A stretch of 64,000 bases of DNA, taken from assembly GCA_963828465.1 (NCBI GenBank), contig CAWHEU010000025.1, forward strand, positions 142,103 through 206,102, read 5' to 3'. Every line of letters begins with the position of its first letter. Position 1 is the first letter of the stretch. The stretch comes from an uncultured Acidobacteriota bacterium (GTDB taxonomy: Bacteria > Actinomycetota > Acidimicrobiia > Spongiisociales > ZC4RG35). The position numbers and the translations under genes were made by a program. Below the pieces are notes generated by a model. The model worked only from the letters and a program-made list of their open reading frames with translations. It did not search any database and had not been told where the DNA came from. Of this stretch, positions 30,241 to 39,609 are shown one piece after another.

Positions 30241-31467
30241 TCCGACGGATCGAGGATCGCCGGCTCGTCCGTCAACGAGTGAAGGAAGCTCCTGAGTGTC
30301 GAACAGCCGGCTCTGGCTGGGTTGTCGGCGCCTGATCCCCGCGATCCGATCCGGCGGCTCGGTGTACTCGATCATGTGCTGGCTGGCCTCGCCCCAGGTC
30401 TCGCCCAGGACCCGGGTCCGCCACAGATGGCCAATGATGATCCTCACCGCTGCGGTCATCGGCACTGCGACGAGAACCCCGAGCAAGCCCGCCACCGTCC
30501 CTCCGATTATCAAGGCGAGCACGATGACGAGGGGAGAAAGATTGACCCTTGTCCGCTGCACCATGGGAGTAATGACGTGATTGTCGACCTGCTGGATGGC
30601 GATCATGATCAGGACCGCCCAGATCGCCTGAGTCACGCTGCCGTTTAGCAGAGCGACGAGGACTGCCAGGGCGCCACCGACCACCGGGCCCATGAAAGGG
30701 ATCAGATTCAGGAATCCGGCGATGATTCCGATCAGCAGCCAGAACGGCAGGTCGATGAGCCACATGCCCAGGCTGGAGGCGGCTCCAACGATGATTGCCA
30801 CCAAGAGCTGCCCACGAACGAAAGAGCTGAGGGCGGTGCCCACCTCCCCCGACACGAAGGCGAACTCCTCGCGATGACGGGGAGGTGTCATTCCCAGGGT
30901 ATTGGCCTTGAACCTCTCCAGGTCGATCAGGAGGTATAGGGCGAGTACCGGCGCGAGACCGAGCACGGCGACCGCCTCGGCAAAGCCACGGATCACTTGC
31001 CCCGCCCCCGCCCCGAAGCCGAGAAGCAGGTTTTGCACGGTCTCCTGATTGGCCGGATCGTTGAGCCAATCCTCGATGGCCTGCTGGCTGAGCAATTCGT
31101 CGACGTCCAGCCCGATGCTGGCGCCGACGTCACGGACCCAATTGATCCCGGCCAGGTAGAGATCGGGGAGCCTCTGACCGAACTCCGCCGCCTGCGCCCT
31201 GATGGTGGGGAAGACGAGGGCACCCACGGCGATCACCAGACCGATCATCGCCAACAGGGCGAGGACCACCGCAACGGGACGCGGCATTCTTCGCTCGAGA
31301 AACCGCACGAACGGCTCGAGGAGGAAGACGATGCCGGCGCCGAATGCGATCGGGAGCCAGATCACCCTGACCGACCCGGCCACATAGAGGAGGACATAGC
31401 CGAGGGCAACGACCCCCACCGCGATCCAAACGATCAAGGCGACTCGTCTCAGCCGTTCTGAGGGCAC
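30226..31467 (-). CDS. AI-2E family transporter
   Basis: FVRGQL, NLIPFMGP, QQVDNHVITP, GLLGVLVAVP. Confidence 0.9.
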   Translation of the reverse strand: MPSERLRRVALIVWIAVGVVALGYVLLYVAGSVRVIWLPIAFGAGIVFLLEPFVRFLERRMPRPVAVVLALLAMIGLVIAVGALVFPTIRAQAAEFGQRLPDLYLAGINWVRDVGASIGLDVDELLSQQAIEDWLNDPANQETVQNLLLGFGAGAGQVIRGFAEAVAVLGLAPVLALYLLIDLERFKANTLGMTPPRHREEFAFVSGEVGTALSSFVRGQLLVAIIVGAASSLGMWLIDLPFWLLIGIIAGFLNLIPFMGPVVGGALAVLVALLNGSVTQAIWAVLIMIAIQQVDNHVITPMVQRTRVNLSPLVIVLALIIGGTVAGLLGVLVAVPMTAAVRIIIGHLWRTRVLGETWGEASQHMIEYTEPPDRIAGIRRRQPSQSRLFDTQELPSLVDGRAGDPRSVGSDVA

Positions 31468-31503
31468 GTTTCGAGTGTAACGAGTGGTCCGATGGGCGGG
31501 CTT

Positions 31504-32364
31504 CTAGCCCTCGCTGACCGTCAGGGAAGACCCTTCTCCGACCGAGATGACCCAGCCGGCGCCGGCCGTAGGACTCTCGTAACCATCGTTCGTCGGTGCC
31601 CAGCCGGGCGGCACCGTCGCCTCACCCACCACCCGTGCCGGGACTCCTGGCGGAAGACTGATCTCGAAGACGCCGGAAACGGTCACCACGATGTTCTCTG
31701 CAGCCGCACCCAGCGCCGCCGAGCCTGCCCCGTCGATCTGTAAAGAGGCGAGTCGGAGGCGACTCAGATCCGCCTCGATCTCTCCAGCCAGGGAGAGACT
31801 CCACATCGGGGCCTCGTCGAGATCGAGCTCCCACCCGGCAAACGTGTACAGGCCTGGGTCGGGCGAGGGCTCGAGGGCGACCGCGATGTTGGGTCCCTGG
31901 AGTTGCTCGTTGCCCACCGGCGGCCCGATTTCCCCGCCACGTCTCACCGGCTCCACGGCGTAGAGGAACCCCGATTGGCCCGACCCGACCTCGAGCTGCC
32001 CGTCGATCCGGGCGGATAGGGCACCGGTCGACACCGAGCCCGCTTGCGGGCCGTTTAGAACAGTCGCGGCGGATGGCATCGCCGCCCATCCCAGGATGTG
32101 GCCTGTGATGAACGCTCCGAGGACCAGCACCGAGACAATCGCCACCAACGCTGACACACGCACCCGCCCCCATCGCCTGCCCCGGGCCAGAAAGGCGAGC
32201 ACCACCAACACCAGCCACACCGGCCACCAGGCGATCAGGTCGACCAACACGGAGCGGCTAAGGATGCCGAGCGAGATGGCGATGAGGATCATGACCAAGG
32301 CGAGCACCGGCAGGATCCACACCTTTGGCACGCCGCGGCGTGAGCCACCGGCGATATGGGTCAT
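31504..32364 (-). CDS. Membrane protein with beta-rich C-terminus (LiaF/DUF2154-like)
   Basis: Three N-terminal TMs with WWPVWL; ADLSRLRL beta-repeat-like region. Confidence 0.5.
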   Translation of the reverse strand: MTHIAGGSRRGVPKVWILPVLALVMILIAISLGILSRSVLVDLIAWWPVWLVLVVLAFLARGRRWGRVRVSALVAIVSVLVLGAFITGHILGWAAMPSAATVLNGPQAGSVSTGALSARIDGQLEVGSGQSGFLYAVEPVRRGGEIGPPVGNEQLQGPNIAVALEPSPDPGLYTFAGWELDLDEAPMWSLSLAGEIEADLSRLRLASLQIDGAGSAALGAAAENIVVTVSGVFEISLPPGVPARVVGEATVPPGWAPTNDGYESPTAGAGWVISVGEGSSLTVSEG

Positions 32365-32921
32365 TCCGTATATCCGGTGCCCAGCACCAGCACTACGTCC
32401 GCACCCGCCCCCACCTCAGGATCGGGTATGGGCTCCACCTGCGCCCCAGGCAGGAACGCGAGAAGGGCGTTGGCCTCCGCAGCAAATCCCTCCCTGAACC
32501 AGAGGCGAGATGAATCCTGTTGTGGCTCGAGATCATCGGCCTGCTGGGTCTGATACCCGGCATCAGCCAACTGCTGCGTCATCCGACCTCCAGCGCCATC
32601 CAAGCCGATCGAGTTCAGGACGATGACCCTTATCTCCCGGGGAGTTCGGACGGGCACCGTGGTCGTGCTATTGGTCGGGGCCGTGGTGGTGACTGAGGGC
32701 GCGGTGGTGTTGGTGGTCGATGGGCCGCTGGAGCCGATGACGCTGCTGGGTGTCGTCGTCGGGACTGTGGTCTCTCCGGCGACGGGATCGGGATCGCCGG
32801 CGAAGAGATAGAGAAGGAGGAAGACGGCGGCCCCGACCAGGAGGATGCCGACGACCATCATCGTGAGTTGCCTGTAGAAGGACGTACCACTATCGGCGGC
32901 GGCATGACGACCGCGGTTCAC
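32361..32921 (-). CDS. LytR C-terminal domain protein
   Basis: TM, Thr-rich linker, IRVIVLNS..DGAG, ADVVLVLG. Confidence 0.8.
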   Translation of the reverse strand: MNRGRHAAADSGTSFYRQLTMMVVGILLVGAAVFLLLYLFAGDPDPVAGETTVPTTTPSSVIGSSGPSTTNTTAPSVTTTAPTNSTTTVPVRTPREIRVIVLNSIGLDGAGGRMTQQLADAGYQTQQADDLEPQQDSSRLWFREGFAAEANALLAFLPGAQVEPIPDPEVGAGADVVLVLGTGYTE

Positions 32922-33151
32922 GATGCTGCCTCCCCTGAAGCAGGTTCGCGCTCGATCATGGAGGTGACCCGGGCCACGGTGAGAGGATCGAATCGGGATG
33001 CCTCGGGTAGGGACACGATCCTGATCAGGTGCTCGTAGTAGGCGGCGGCGGGCAGACCGAGACGCAGCTCGATGGCCTGATCCTTCGGACCAGGCTCCAG
33101 CCACCAGCCACGCTCGAACTCGAGGATGGATCGATCCTCAGCACTCAGCAT
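32918..33151 (-). CDS. DUF3263 domain protein
   Basis: LSAEDRSILEFERGWW, GPKDQAI, YYEHL, FDPLTVAR. Confidence 0.8.
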   Translation of the reverse strand: MLSAEDRSILEFERGWWLEPGPKDQAIELRLGLPAAAYYEHLIRIVSLPEASRFDPLTVARVTSMIEREPASGEAAS

Positions 33152-33375
33152 GTTGGTGAGGGTATTTGTGGACCCGTGATTAGTTGAGGATTTGGCTCGC
33201 TGGCCACATTGACCTCCCGTCTCGACTGGACCACGATGCCTGAACATGTCTGGGCTCCATACGCAGCCTTTGATCGGCGACATGGAGGCAGTTGGGGAAC
33301 GGCACACCCGTTGTCGACCTCAAACCAGAGATTGCCCTGAGGGCAAAGGCTGACTAATGGAAAGGAGAACATGCG

Positions 33376-33777
33376 ATGGCGAAAACACGCAAGCCAAATA
33401 CGACCCGAAAGCCGCCTGTGCCATCGGAGAGTCACGCCGAGATCGAGGATTGGATCCGGAGCCAGATGCCGGATCTGCAGCCCATCGTCAAAGGGGTCGA
33501 CGAATTGATCCGCGAGATGATCTCCGGGCTTCAGTACGCCATCAAGTGGAAGAAGGCTTACTACGGGTTACCAGACCTCGGGTGGATCGTCGAGATGGTC
33601 GCCTACGACGTTTCGGTGAATGTCGTCTTCTTCGGCGGCGCGGATTTCGACCCTCAGCCGCCACTAGGAGACACCGACCGGAGTCGCTACGTCAAGCTGG
33701 CGACCCTGGAGAAGGCGCAGGAACCGGAGATGCACAAGTGGATCGAGCAAGCGGGGCGCGTCCCGGGTTGGAAATGA
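33376..33777 (+). CDS. DUF1801 (YdhG-like) domain protein
   Basis: AIKWKKAYY, VNVVFFGG, RYVKL; AAGGAG RBS. Confidence 0.8.
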   Translation: MAKTRKPNTTRKPPVPSESHAEIEDWIRSQMPDLQPIVKGVDELIREMISGLQYAIKWKKAYYGLPDLGWIVEMVAYDVSVNVVFFGGADFDPQPPLGDTDRSRYVKLATLEKAQEPEMHKWIEQAGRVPGWK

Positions 33778-33798
33778 GTCTGTTTCCCTGGTACTTAT

Positions 33799-33874
33799 TG
33801 GAGCCGGGTACCGGAATCGAACCGATGACCTGCTGTTTACAAGACAGCTGCTCTACCAACTGAGCTAACCCGGC
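33799..33874 (-). tRNA. tRNA-Thr(TGT)
   Basis: GCCGGGTTAGCTCAGTTGGTAGAGCAGCTGTCTTGTAAACAGCAGGTCATCGGTTCGATTCCGGTACCCGGCTCCA; cloverleaf, TGT anticodon, encoded CCA. Confidence 0.96.
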
Positions 33875-34632
33875 GGAAGGTCGGATTGTAGGGAGGGGTC
33901 GGATTCTGCCCGCACCCGCATGATCTCGAAACAGGCCAGCGCCGCCGACACCGAGGCGTTGAGGCTCTCGAAGCTCGCGGCCATGGGAATCGAGACCAGC
34001 ATGTCGCATCGTTTCGCGGTGAGCACGCTGAGACCTGTCCCCTCGGCTCCGACCACCACCGCCACTGGCTCGGTCAACAGCTCCAGCCCGAGGAGCGATG
34101 TGGCAGATCGGGCCTCCAATCCAACGATCCAGACCCCCCCATCCTTGAGACGGCTCAGCGCCTCCGGTATCGAGCCCACCACAGCCACCGGGAGGGTCTC
34201 TAGGGCGCCGGCCGCCGACTTGAACGCAGTGGCCGACAACGGGGCCGCCCGTCTCGATGAAACGACCAAGCCCGTCATTCCCGAGGCGAGGGCGCTGCGA
34301 GCGATGGCGCCGACATTGTGCGGGTCTTCGATGTGGTCGAGAACGATGACGGCCGCCCCCGGGACTCCCAATTCGTCGATGGGAACCGGCAAGATCGGGG
34401 CACAATCGGCGACAACGCCTTGTGGCGCCTCGCTTTCCGCAATCGGCCGCACGTCACGGACCAATGCGGTGTTCTCGCTGCCTACATGATCGACGATTTC
34501 GGCGATCTCGGAACGGCCGAGTCTCTTCTCCTCCACCCAAAGCTTGCGGATACGGCCGCGCTGAGCGGCGGCGGCAACCGAATGGATGCCCTCGACCCTA
34601 TTTCCGTAACCAGCGGGTGCCATCCGGGCCAT
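33865..34632 (-). CDS. rlmB: 23S rRNA (Gm2251) 2'-O-methyltransferase, SpoU family
   Basis: LDHIEDPHNVGAIARS, VGAEGTGL, IPM..ESLNASVS; follows cysS. Confidence 0.9.
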   Translation of the reverse strand: MARMAPAGYGNRVEGIHSVAAAAQRGRIRKLWVEEKRLGRSEIAEIVDHVGSENTALVRDVRPIAESEAPQGVVADCAPILPVPIDELGVPGAAVIVLDHIEDPHNVGAIARSALASGMTGLVVSSRRAAPLSATAFKSAAGALETLPVAVVGSIPEALSRLKDGGVWIVGLEARSATSLLGLELLTEPVAVVVGAEGTGLSVLTAKRCDMLVSIPMAASFESLNASVSAALACFEIMRVRAESDPSLQSDLPPG

Positions 34633-35989
34633 CCTCCAGTGTCACCCCGGCCTTTTCCAGGCCATCCCGTATCGCGTCGGCATCATCGAACCGGCGCTCG
34701 TCACGTGCCACGGCCCGAAGCTCGACAAGCCGGTCCACCACATCGTGACCGTCACCCTCGAGACCGAATCGGCTCGGGAGGTCGCCCAGATCGAGGGTCT
34801 CCTCGACGGGCAAGCTGGCGTCATCGAGGCCGAGGACCCCCACGATTGTCTCGACTGCCCCGGCAATGGCTTCGACATCGCCGCCCTCGTCGAGGAGGCG
34901 GTTGCCGTCGCGCACGAGATCGAAGAGCAGAGAGACTGCCAGCGGCGTTCCGAAATCGTCCTCCATCACCTGCCGGAATCGGGCGATCGCCTCGGGGTCT
35001 GGCTCGCCCGGCGTGGCCCTTGCGCGGAAGCGCTGGAGCCGGTCGAGGGCGTCTTCCGACTCGGTGAGGAGCTCGTCGGAGTATTCGATCGGGGACCGGT
35101 AGTGAGCCCGCAGGAGGAGAAGACGCAGCGCCCGGCCCCCATGCTTCTCCGTGATCGAGGCCAGGTCGACGAGGACGCCGGTCGACTTCGCCATCTTCTC
35201 GCCACCGAGGTTCACCATCCCGTTGTGCAGCCAATACCTGACAAAGCTGGTGCCGGTCGCCCCCTCGCTCTGGGCGATCTCGTTCTCGTGATGAGGGAAG
35301 ATGAGGTCGGTGCCGCCCCCATGGATGTCGAAGTCTTCACCCAGATACTTGGCCGCCATCGCCGAGCACTCGATGTGCCATCCTGGACGGCCCGGGCCCC
35401 ATGGTGAGTCCCACCAGGGCTCACCTGGTTTCGCCGACTTCCAAAGGGCGAAGTCGAGCGGATCGTGCTTTGCCTCCTCCACCTCGATCCGCACGCCGGA
35501 GCGAAGCTCGTCAGGGTTGCGACCCGACAGCTTCCCGTAGCCCTCATCTGCCCTGACCGAGAAATAGACATCTCCTTCTGATGGATAGGCCAACCCGCGT
35601 TCGATGAGGGACCGGATCATGTCGATGATCTCAGGAATGTGCTCGGTGGCCTTGGGCTCGAGATCGGGAGGGAGGACTCCGAGCGCCTCGTAGCCGGCGG
35701 CGAATCGCGCTGCCATCCGCTCCGCCAGAACCTCGACACTCTCGTCGGCCTCCGCAGCCGCGGCGATGATCTTGTCCTCGATATCGGTGACATTGCGGAC
35801 ATAGGTCACGTCGCGGCCGCTCCACATCAGATAGCGGCGGATGACGTCGAAGGCGATAGCCGATCGCCCGTGGCCGACATGAGGCTCGCTCTGTACCGTC
35901 GGACCGCAGACATAAATCGCGACTTTGCCCTCGTCCCTCGGCTCGAAGGGGACGACGGCGCGGTGAAGCGTGCTGTACAGACGGAGCAT
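34598..35989 (-). CDS. cysS: Cysteine--tRNA ligase
   Basis: [39 protein letters not shown]. Confidence 0.97.
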   Translation of the reverse strand: MLRLYSTLHRAVVPFEPRDEGKVAIYVCGPTVQSEPHVGHGRSAIAFDVIRRYLMWSGRDVTYVRNVTDIEDKIIAAAAEADESVEVLAERMAARFAAGYEALGVLPPDLEPKATEHIPEIIDMIRSLIERGLAYPSEGDVYFSVRADEGYGKLSGRNPDELRSGVRIEVEEAKHDPLDFALWKSAKPGEPWWDSPWGPGRPGWHIECSAMAAKYLGEDFDIHGGGTDLIFPHHENEIAQSEGATGTSFVRYWLHNGMVNLGGEKMAKSTGVLVDLASITEKHGGRALRLLLLRAHYRSPIEYSDELLTESEDALDRLQRFRARATPGEPDPEAIARFRQVMEDDFGTPLAVSLLFDLVRDGNRLLDEGGDVEAIAGAVETIVGVLGLDDASLPVEETLDLGDLPSRFGLEGDGHDVVDRLVELRAVARDERRFDDADAIRDGLEKAGVTLEDGPDGTRWLRK

Positions 35990-35999
35990 CGTCGAAATC

Positions 36000-36492
36000 C
36001 TACGACAGGGCGCTGACCGTGACCACAGCAGCAGCGGCCAACCCTTCACCCCTGCCGATGAAACCCAACCCGTCGGTAGTGGTCGCTTTCACCGAGACGA
36101 GATCGGGAACGATGCCGAGGGCACGCGGCGAGGTTGGCCCGGATCTCGCCACGATGCGGGGCGATGCGGACATCCTCGACGACGACGGTGGCGTCGACAT
36201 GTTCGATCTGCCAACCGGCGGCGACAGCCATGACGGCGGTCTGGCCGAGAAGGTCCATTGAGTCGGCGCCTGCCAGCGTTGGGTCGCCGGAAGGGAAGTG
36301 CTCCCCGATGTCGGAGAGAACACAAGCCCCGAGGACGGCGTCAGTGACGGCATGGGCCAGCACGTCCCCATCGGAGGTGGCACTGACACCGATCGTGTCC
36401 GAGACACTGACCCCACCCACGATCAAGGGGGGCTCACCATCGAGAGGGTGCGCATCGAATCCCCATCCGACACGGGTGCCGCCCACCGGCAC
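36000..36492 (-). CDS. ispF: 2-C-methyl-D-erythritol 2,4-cyclodiphosphate synthase; frameshift near 36125
   Basis: [28 protein letters not shown]; then [20 protein letters not shown] in the other frame. Confidence 0.9.
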
Positions 36493-36496
36493 TTAG

Positions 36497-37009
36497 CTAT
36501 TCCTCGTCCGATTCGATCTTGGGCAGGGCACGGTCCAGTCTCTTGATCGCCTCCTCCTCGTCGATCTCGAGACTGAAGGCCAGTTCGGAGCTGAGGGTGA
36601 GACGCGCCTTGGACAACATCCGCTTCAGCGCTGGGCTGATCCCTTTGGTCTGCTGGGCAAAAGAGAGGTCACGCACGACCTCGGCCACCTGGAAGATGTC
36701 GCCCGATGTCATCTTCTCGTTGAGCACCTTGTACCACCGGCTCCAGTTGGACCCTGCCTCCTCGGGCTCGCCCTTCAGGGATTTGAGCACATCACGAGAC
36801 TTTGTCTTGGAGATCACAGGGCGGATCAGATCGTCGACCTTGTCCAGGGGAACCATGACGGTCAGTTGCTCGGTGGCGATGTCGAGGACGAAGTAATCCT
36901 GCTTCTTCCCTCCGAACGCCTGTTTGACCTTCTTCTGGATCGTGGCGGCCCCGTGTTGGGGGTGCACCACTTTGTCTCCTACCGAGTATTTCGTTGCTGT
37001 CGCAGCCAT
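36497..37009 (-). CDS. carD: CarD family transcription factor
   Basis: VGDKVVHPQHGA, NWSR, AEVVRDL. Confidence 0.92.
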   Translation of the reverse strand: MAATATKYSVGDKVVHPQHGAATIQKKVKQAFGGKKQDYFVLDIATEQLTVMVPLDKVDDLIRPVISKTKSRDVLKSLKGEPEEAGSNWSRWYKVLNEKMTSGDIFQVAEVVRDLSFAQQTKGISPALKRMLSKARLTLSSELAFSLEIDEEEAIKRLDRALPKIESDEE

Positions 37010-37040
37010 TAGCGGGAGCGGAGTGTAGGGGGGCCCTCGC

Positions 37041-38102
37041 TCAATCGAGTACCGGCTCCCATTCGTCCGCGCTGTCCCGGAGCCTGTCGAAGTAGGCACG
37101 CAGCTGGCCGGCCCTGGTCTCGCCCACGCCTTCCACGCTGAGCAATTCGTCGACCCGGGCCTCGAGAAGGCTCGACGCAGAGCCGAAGTGCCGGATGATG
37201 TCGTCGCGGACGGGATCAGGGAGACGGCCTACCTGGGAAAGCAGGCGATAGCCACGCGGGTCAGCGGGATCATCGATGTCGGGGAATCCCAACTCTTTAC
37301 CCACACGACTCGGGTCCTCCAGATCGGACGCGGTCATCGCACTCAGGTCCTCCATGGCCTGACGGATGGCGCTGTTGCGCAGCGGCTTGATGTAGTCCCT
37401 GAGTACCGCCTTCTTGGTGAAATCGACACCAGCGAGCAGATCACTCAGCTGGAGGTACACGATGCGCCCCTCGTCTCCCAGGGTAAGGGTGCGAGCTTCG
37501 ACGACGCGGCCCAGCCGCTCCACCAGCTCGGCTCGCTGCAAAACAGTGACAGCCGATCGATATGTGGTCAATCCGGCCACTTCGACTCGGGTCAGCTTGA
37601 TCTCTGCGTCGTCGAGCCGGCCGCGCAGCCGATCGAGGCTTTGGAGCTCCTGGTTGACGTGGGCGGCGACCTCGGTCGGCGATGCCAGTTCGATCTTCTG
37701 GCCTCCGTAGAAAAGCGTCGCGACCTTGCGGCCCTCGCTAACAGCGACAACCGGCTTCCCGGTCTGGACGGCCATGCGCTCCGCAGTGCGATGGCGGGCG
37801 CCGGTCTCGTCGGTGGGGATCGAGCCGTCGGGGATGAAATGCACTCCTGCCTCGAGGATGTTCGACCACGTGTCGTCGAGGACTATGCCGCCGTCCATCT
37901 TGGAGAGCTCGGCAAGGCGGGCCGGGCTGAAGATGGCGCCATTCAAGGAGAAGCCACCTGAGCTGGCCTCATCGACCTGAGCGCCGTCGCCCAGCACGAC
38001 GAGGCCGCCCTTCCCCTGCTGGATGATGCGCTCGAGGGCTCGACGCATTGGAGTCCCCGGAGCCAATCGTTCGAGTGTCTCGGTTATCGACGGTCCACCC
38101 AC
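37041..38102 (-). CDS. disA: DNA integrity scanning diadenylate cyclase
   Basis: APGT..R, ELSKMDG, ETGARHRTAER, C-terminal HhH VEGVGETRA; downstream of radA. Confidence 0.93.
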   Translation of the reverse strand: MGGPSITETLERLAPGTPMRRALERIIQQGKGGLVVLGDGAQVDEASSGGFSLNGAIFSPARLAELSKMDGGIVLDDTWSNILEAGVHFIPDGSIPTDETGARHRTAERMAVQTGKPVVAVSEGRKVATLFYGGQKIELASPTEVAAHVNQELQSLDRLRGRLDDAEIKLTRVEVAGLTTYRSAVTVLQRAELVERLGRVVEARTLTLGDEGRIVYLQLSDLLAGVDFTKKAVLRDYIKPLRNSAIRQAMEDLSAMTASDLEDPSRVGKELGFPDIDDPADPRGYRLLSQVGRLPDPVRDDIIRHFGSASSLLEARVDELLSVEGVGETRAGQLRAYFDRLRDSADEWEPVLD

Positions 38103-38147
38103 GGGTCCAGAGTACCCGATTCAGATGACGCTCACCCAGGTGAAGTC

Positions 38148-39440
38148 CTAGAGGCCCGCGTCCGCCAGAGCCTGACCGAGACGCAGGGGCTTGCCCCCGA
38201 TCGGAGCGACCCGGTGCTCCAGCCCCATCCGATCGAGCTCCTCGATCCGTCTCATCTCCATGGGTATCGACCGCACTTCCCCGGCCAGCCCGATCTCACC
38301 CCAGGCCGCCAGCCGTCCCAGCGGACGGTCGGAGTAGGACGATGCGACGGCGAGGGCGACGGGCAGATCACAACCCGGCTCGTCGATGCGCCAGCCCCCC
38401 ACCACATTCACGTAGACCTCCTTGTCGTGAAGGCTCAGCGAGCTGTGGCGATCGAGGACCGCGAGCACCTGGTTCACCCTGGTCGGATCGAGTCCCCGGA
38501 TGGACCGGCGAGGTTGAGCCTGCTTCGTCGGTGAGACCAGGGCCTGGATCTCCACCAGGATCGATCGTCGGCCCTCCACGGCCGGGTAGATGACCGTTCC
38601 GGGGACCTCGGACTCCCATCCGTCGAGAAAGAGCTTGGACGGGTCTTCCACCTCGGTGAGGCCCTCGCTTCTCATGTCGAACATTCCCGACACATGGGTG
38701 GCACCGAAGCGATTCTTCGTGCTGCGGAGGACTCTGAACCCACGATCGGGGTCCCCCTCCAGATACAGCACGACATCGACCATATGCTCGAGCATCTTGG
38801 GGCCGGCGAGCCCCCCCTCCTTGGTGACGTGGCCGACCAAGACCACAGCCACGCCTGTGGTCTTGGCTAGCCGGACCAATCGGGCCGCGCTCTCACGCAC
38901 CTGAGCTACCCCACCGGGGGCTGCCCCGATCTCGGGCACACCCACTGTCTGGATCGAGTCGATGATCAGCAACGCAGGGCGTTCGCGCTCGGCGAGAGTC
39001 ACGATGGCGTCGACGTCGTCGTCGGTGACAAGGCTTATCGCTTCATCTCCGATCCCGAGACGGCCCGCTCGCATGGCGACTTGATCCGCCGACTCTTCGG
39101 CGCTGGCCACCATCACCGGGTCGCCTCTACCCGCCAAGGAACCCGCCAATTGGAGGAGGAGGGTCGACTTGCCCACACCGGGCTCACCGCCAAGGAGAAG
39201 GACCGAGCCTGCCACCACCCCACCACCGAGCACGCGGTCGATCTCTCCCCAACCGGTCATTCTCCGGTCGCTCGACTGCTCCGAGGCAGCCTTGAGGCCC
39301 ACTGTCGCGGCGGCCCTGACCTTTCCCAGGGCTTTGGCTTCGCCGGCGACCTCCGCCAGAGGCTCGCTCGACCCGCATTGGGGGCAAAAGCCCATCCATT
39401 TGGCCGATCGGTGGCCGCAGATCTCGCATCTAAATGCCAT
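38148..39440 (-). CDS. radA: DNA repair protein RadA/Sms
   Basis: C4 zinc finger, GEPGVGKST, KNRFG, GEIGLAGEVR. Confidence 0.96.
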   Translation of the reverse strand: MAFRCEICGHRSAKWMGFCPQCGSSEPLAEVAGEAKALGKVRAAATVGLKAASEQSSDRRMTGWGEIDRVLGGGVVAGSVLLLGGEPGVGKSTLLLQLAGSLAGRGDPVMVASAEESADQVAMRAGRLGIGDEAISLVTDDDVDAIVTLAERERPALLIIDSIQTVGVPEIGAAPGGVAQVRESAARLVRLAKTTGVAVVLVGHVTKEGGLAGPKMLEHMVDVVLYLEGDPDRGFRVLRSTKNRFGATHVSGMFDMRSEGLTEVEDPSKLFLDGWESEVPGTVIYPAVEGRRSILVEIQALVSPTKQAQPRRSIRGLDPTRVNQVLAVLDRHSSLSLHDKEVYVNVVGGWRIDEPGCDLPVALAVASSYSDRPLGRLAAWGEIGLAGEVRSIPMEMRRIEELDRMGLEHRVAPIGGKPLRLGQALADAGL

Positions 39441-39456
39441 TGTTTTCCTATCCTGG

Positions 39457-39579
39457 TTAACGATTGCGCCGTTGAACGACGAAGATCAAGACAGCTATCA
39501 GTGCCGCGAACACGATCGTCGAGGTCAGGATTGAGGCGATCGTCCAGGGCTCATGACTTCTAATCGCCCACAAAAACAT
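39457..39579 (-). CDS. Putative 40-aa single-pass membrane peptide upstream of radA (below the ORF-track cutoff)
   Basis: MFLWAIRSHEPWTIASILTSTIVFAALIAVLIFVVQRRNR*; hydrophobic helix plus basic tail. Confidence 0.45.
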   Translation of the reverse strand: MFLWAIRSHEPWTIASILTSTIVFAALIAVLIFVVQRRNR

Positions 39580-39609
39580 CCCGTGGCACAATAACTACGA
39601 AGGAGGGAT

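Noticed and set aside
33152-33800. Integrated element or prophage at tRNA-Thr
   Set aside because: No integrase and no duplicated tRNA 3' end found in the window.
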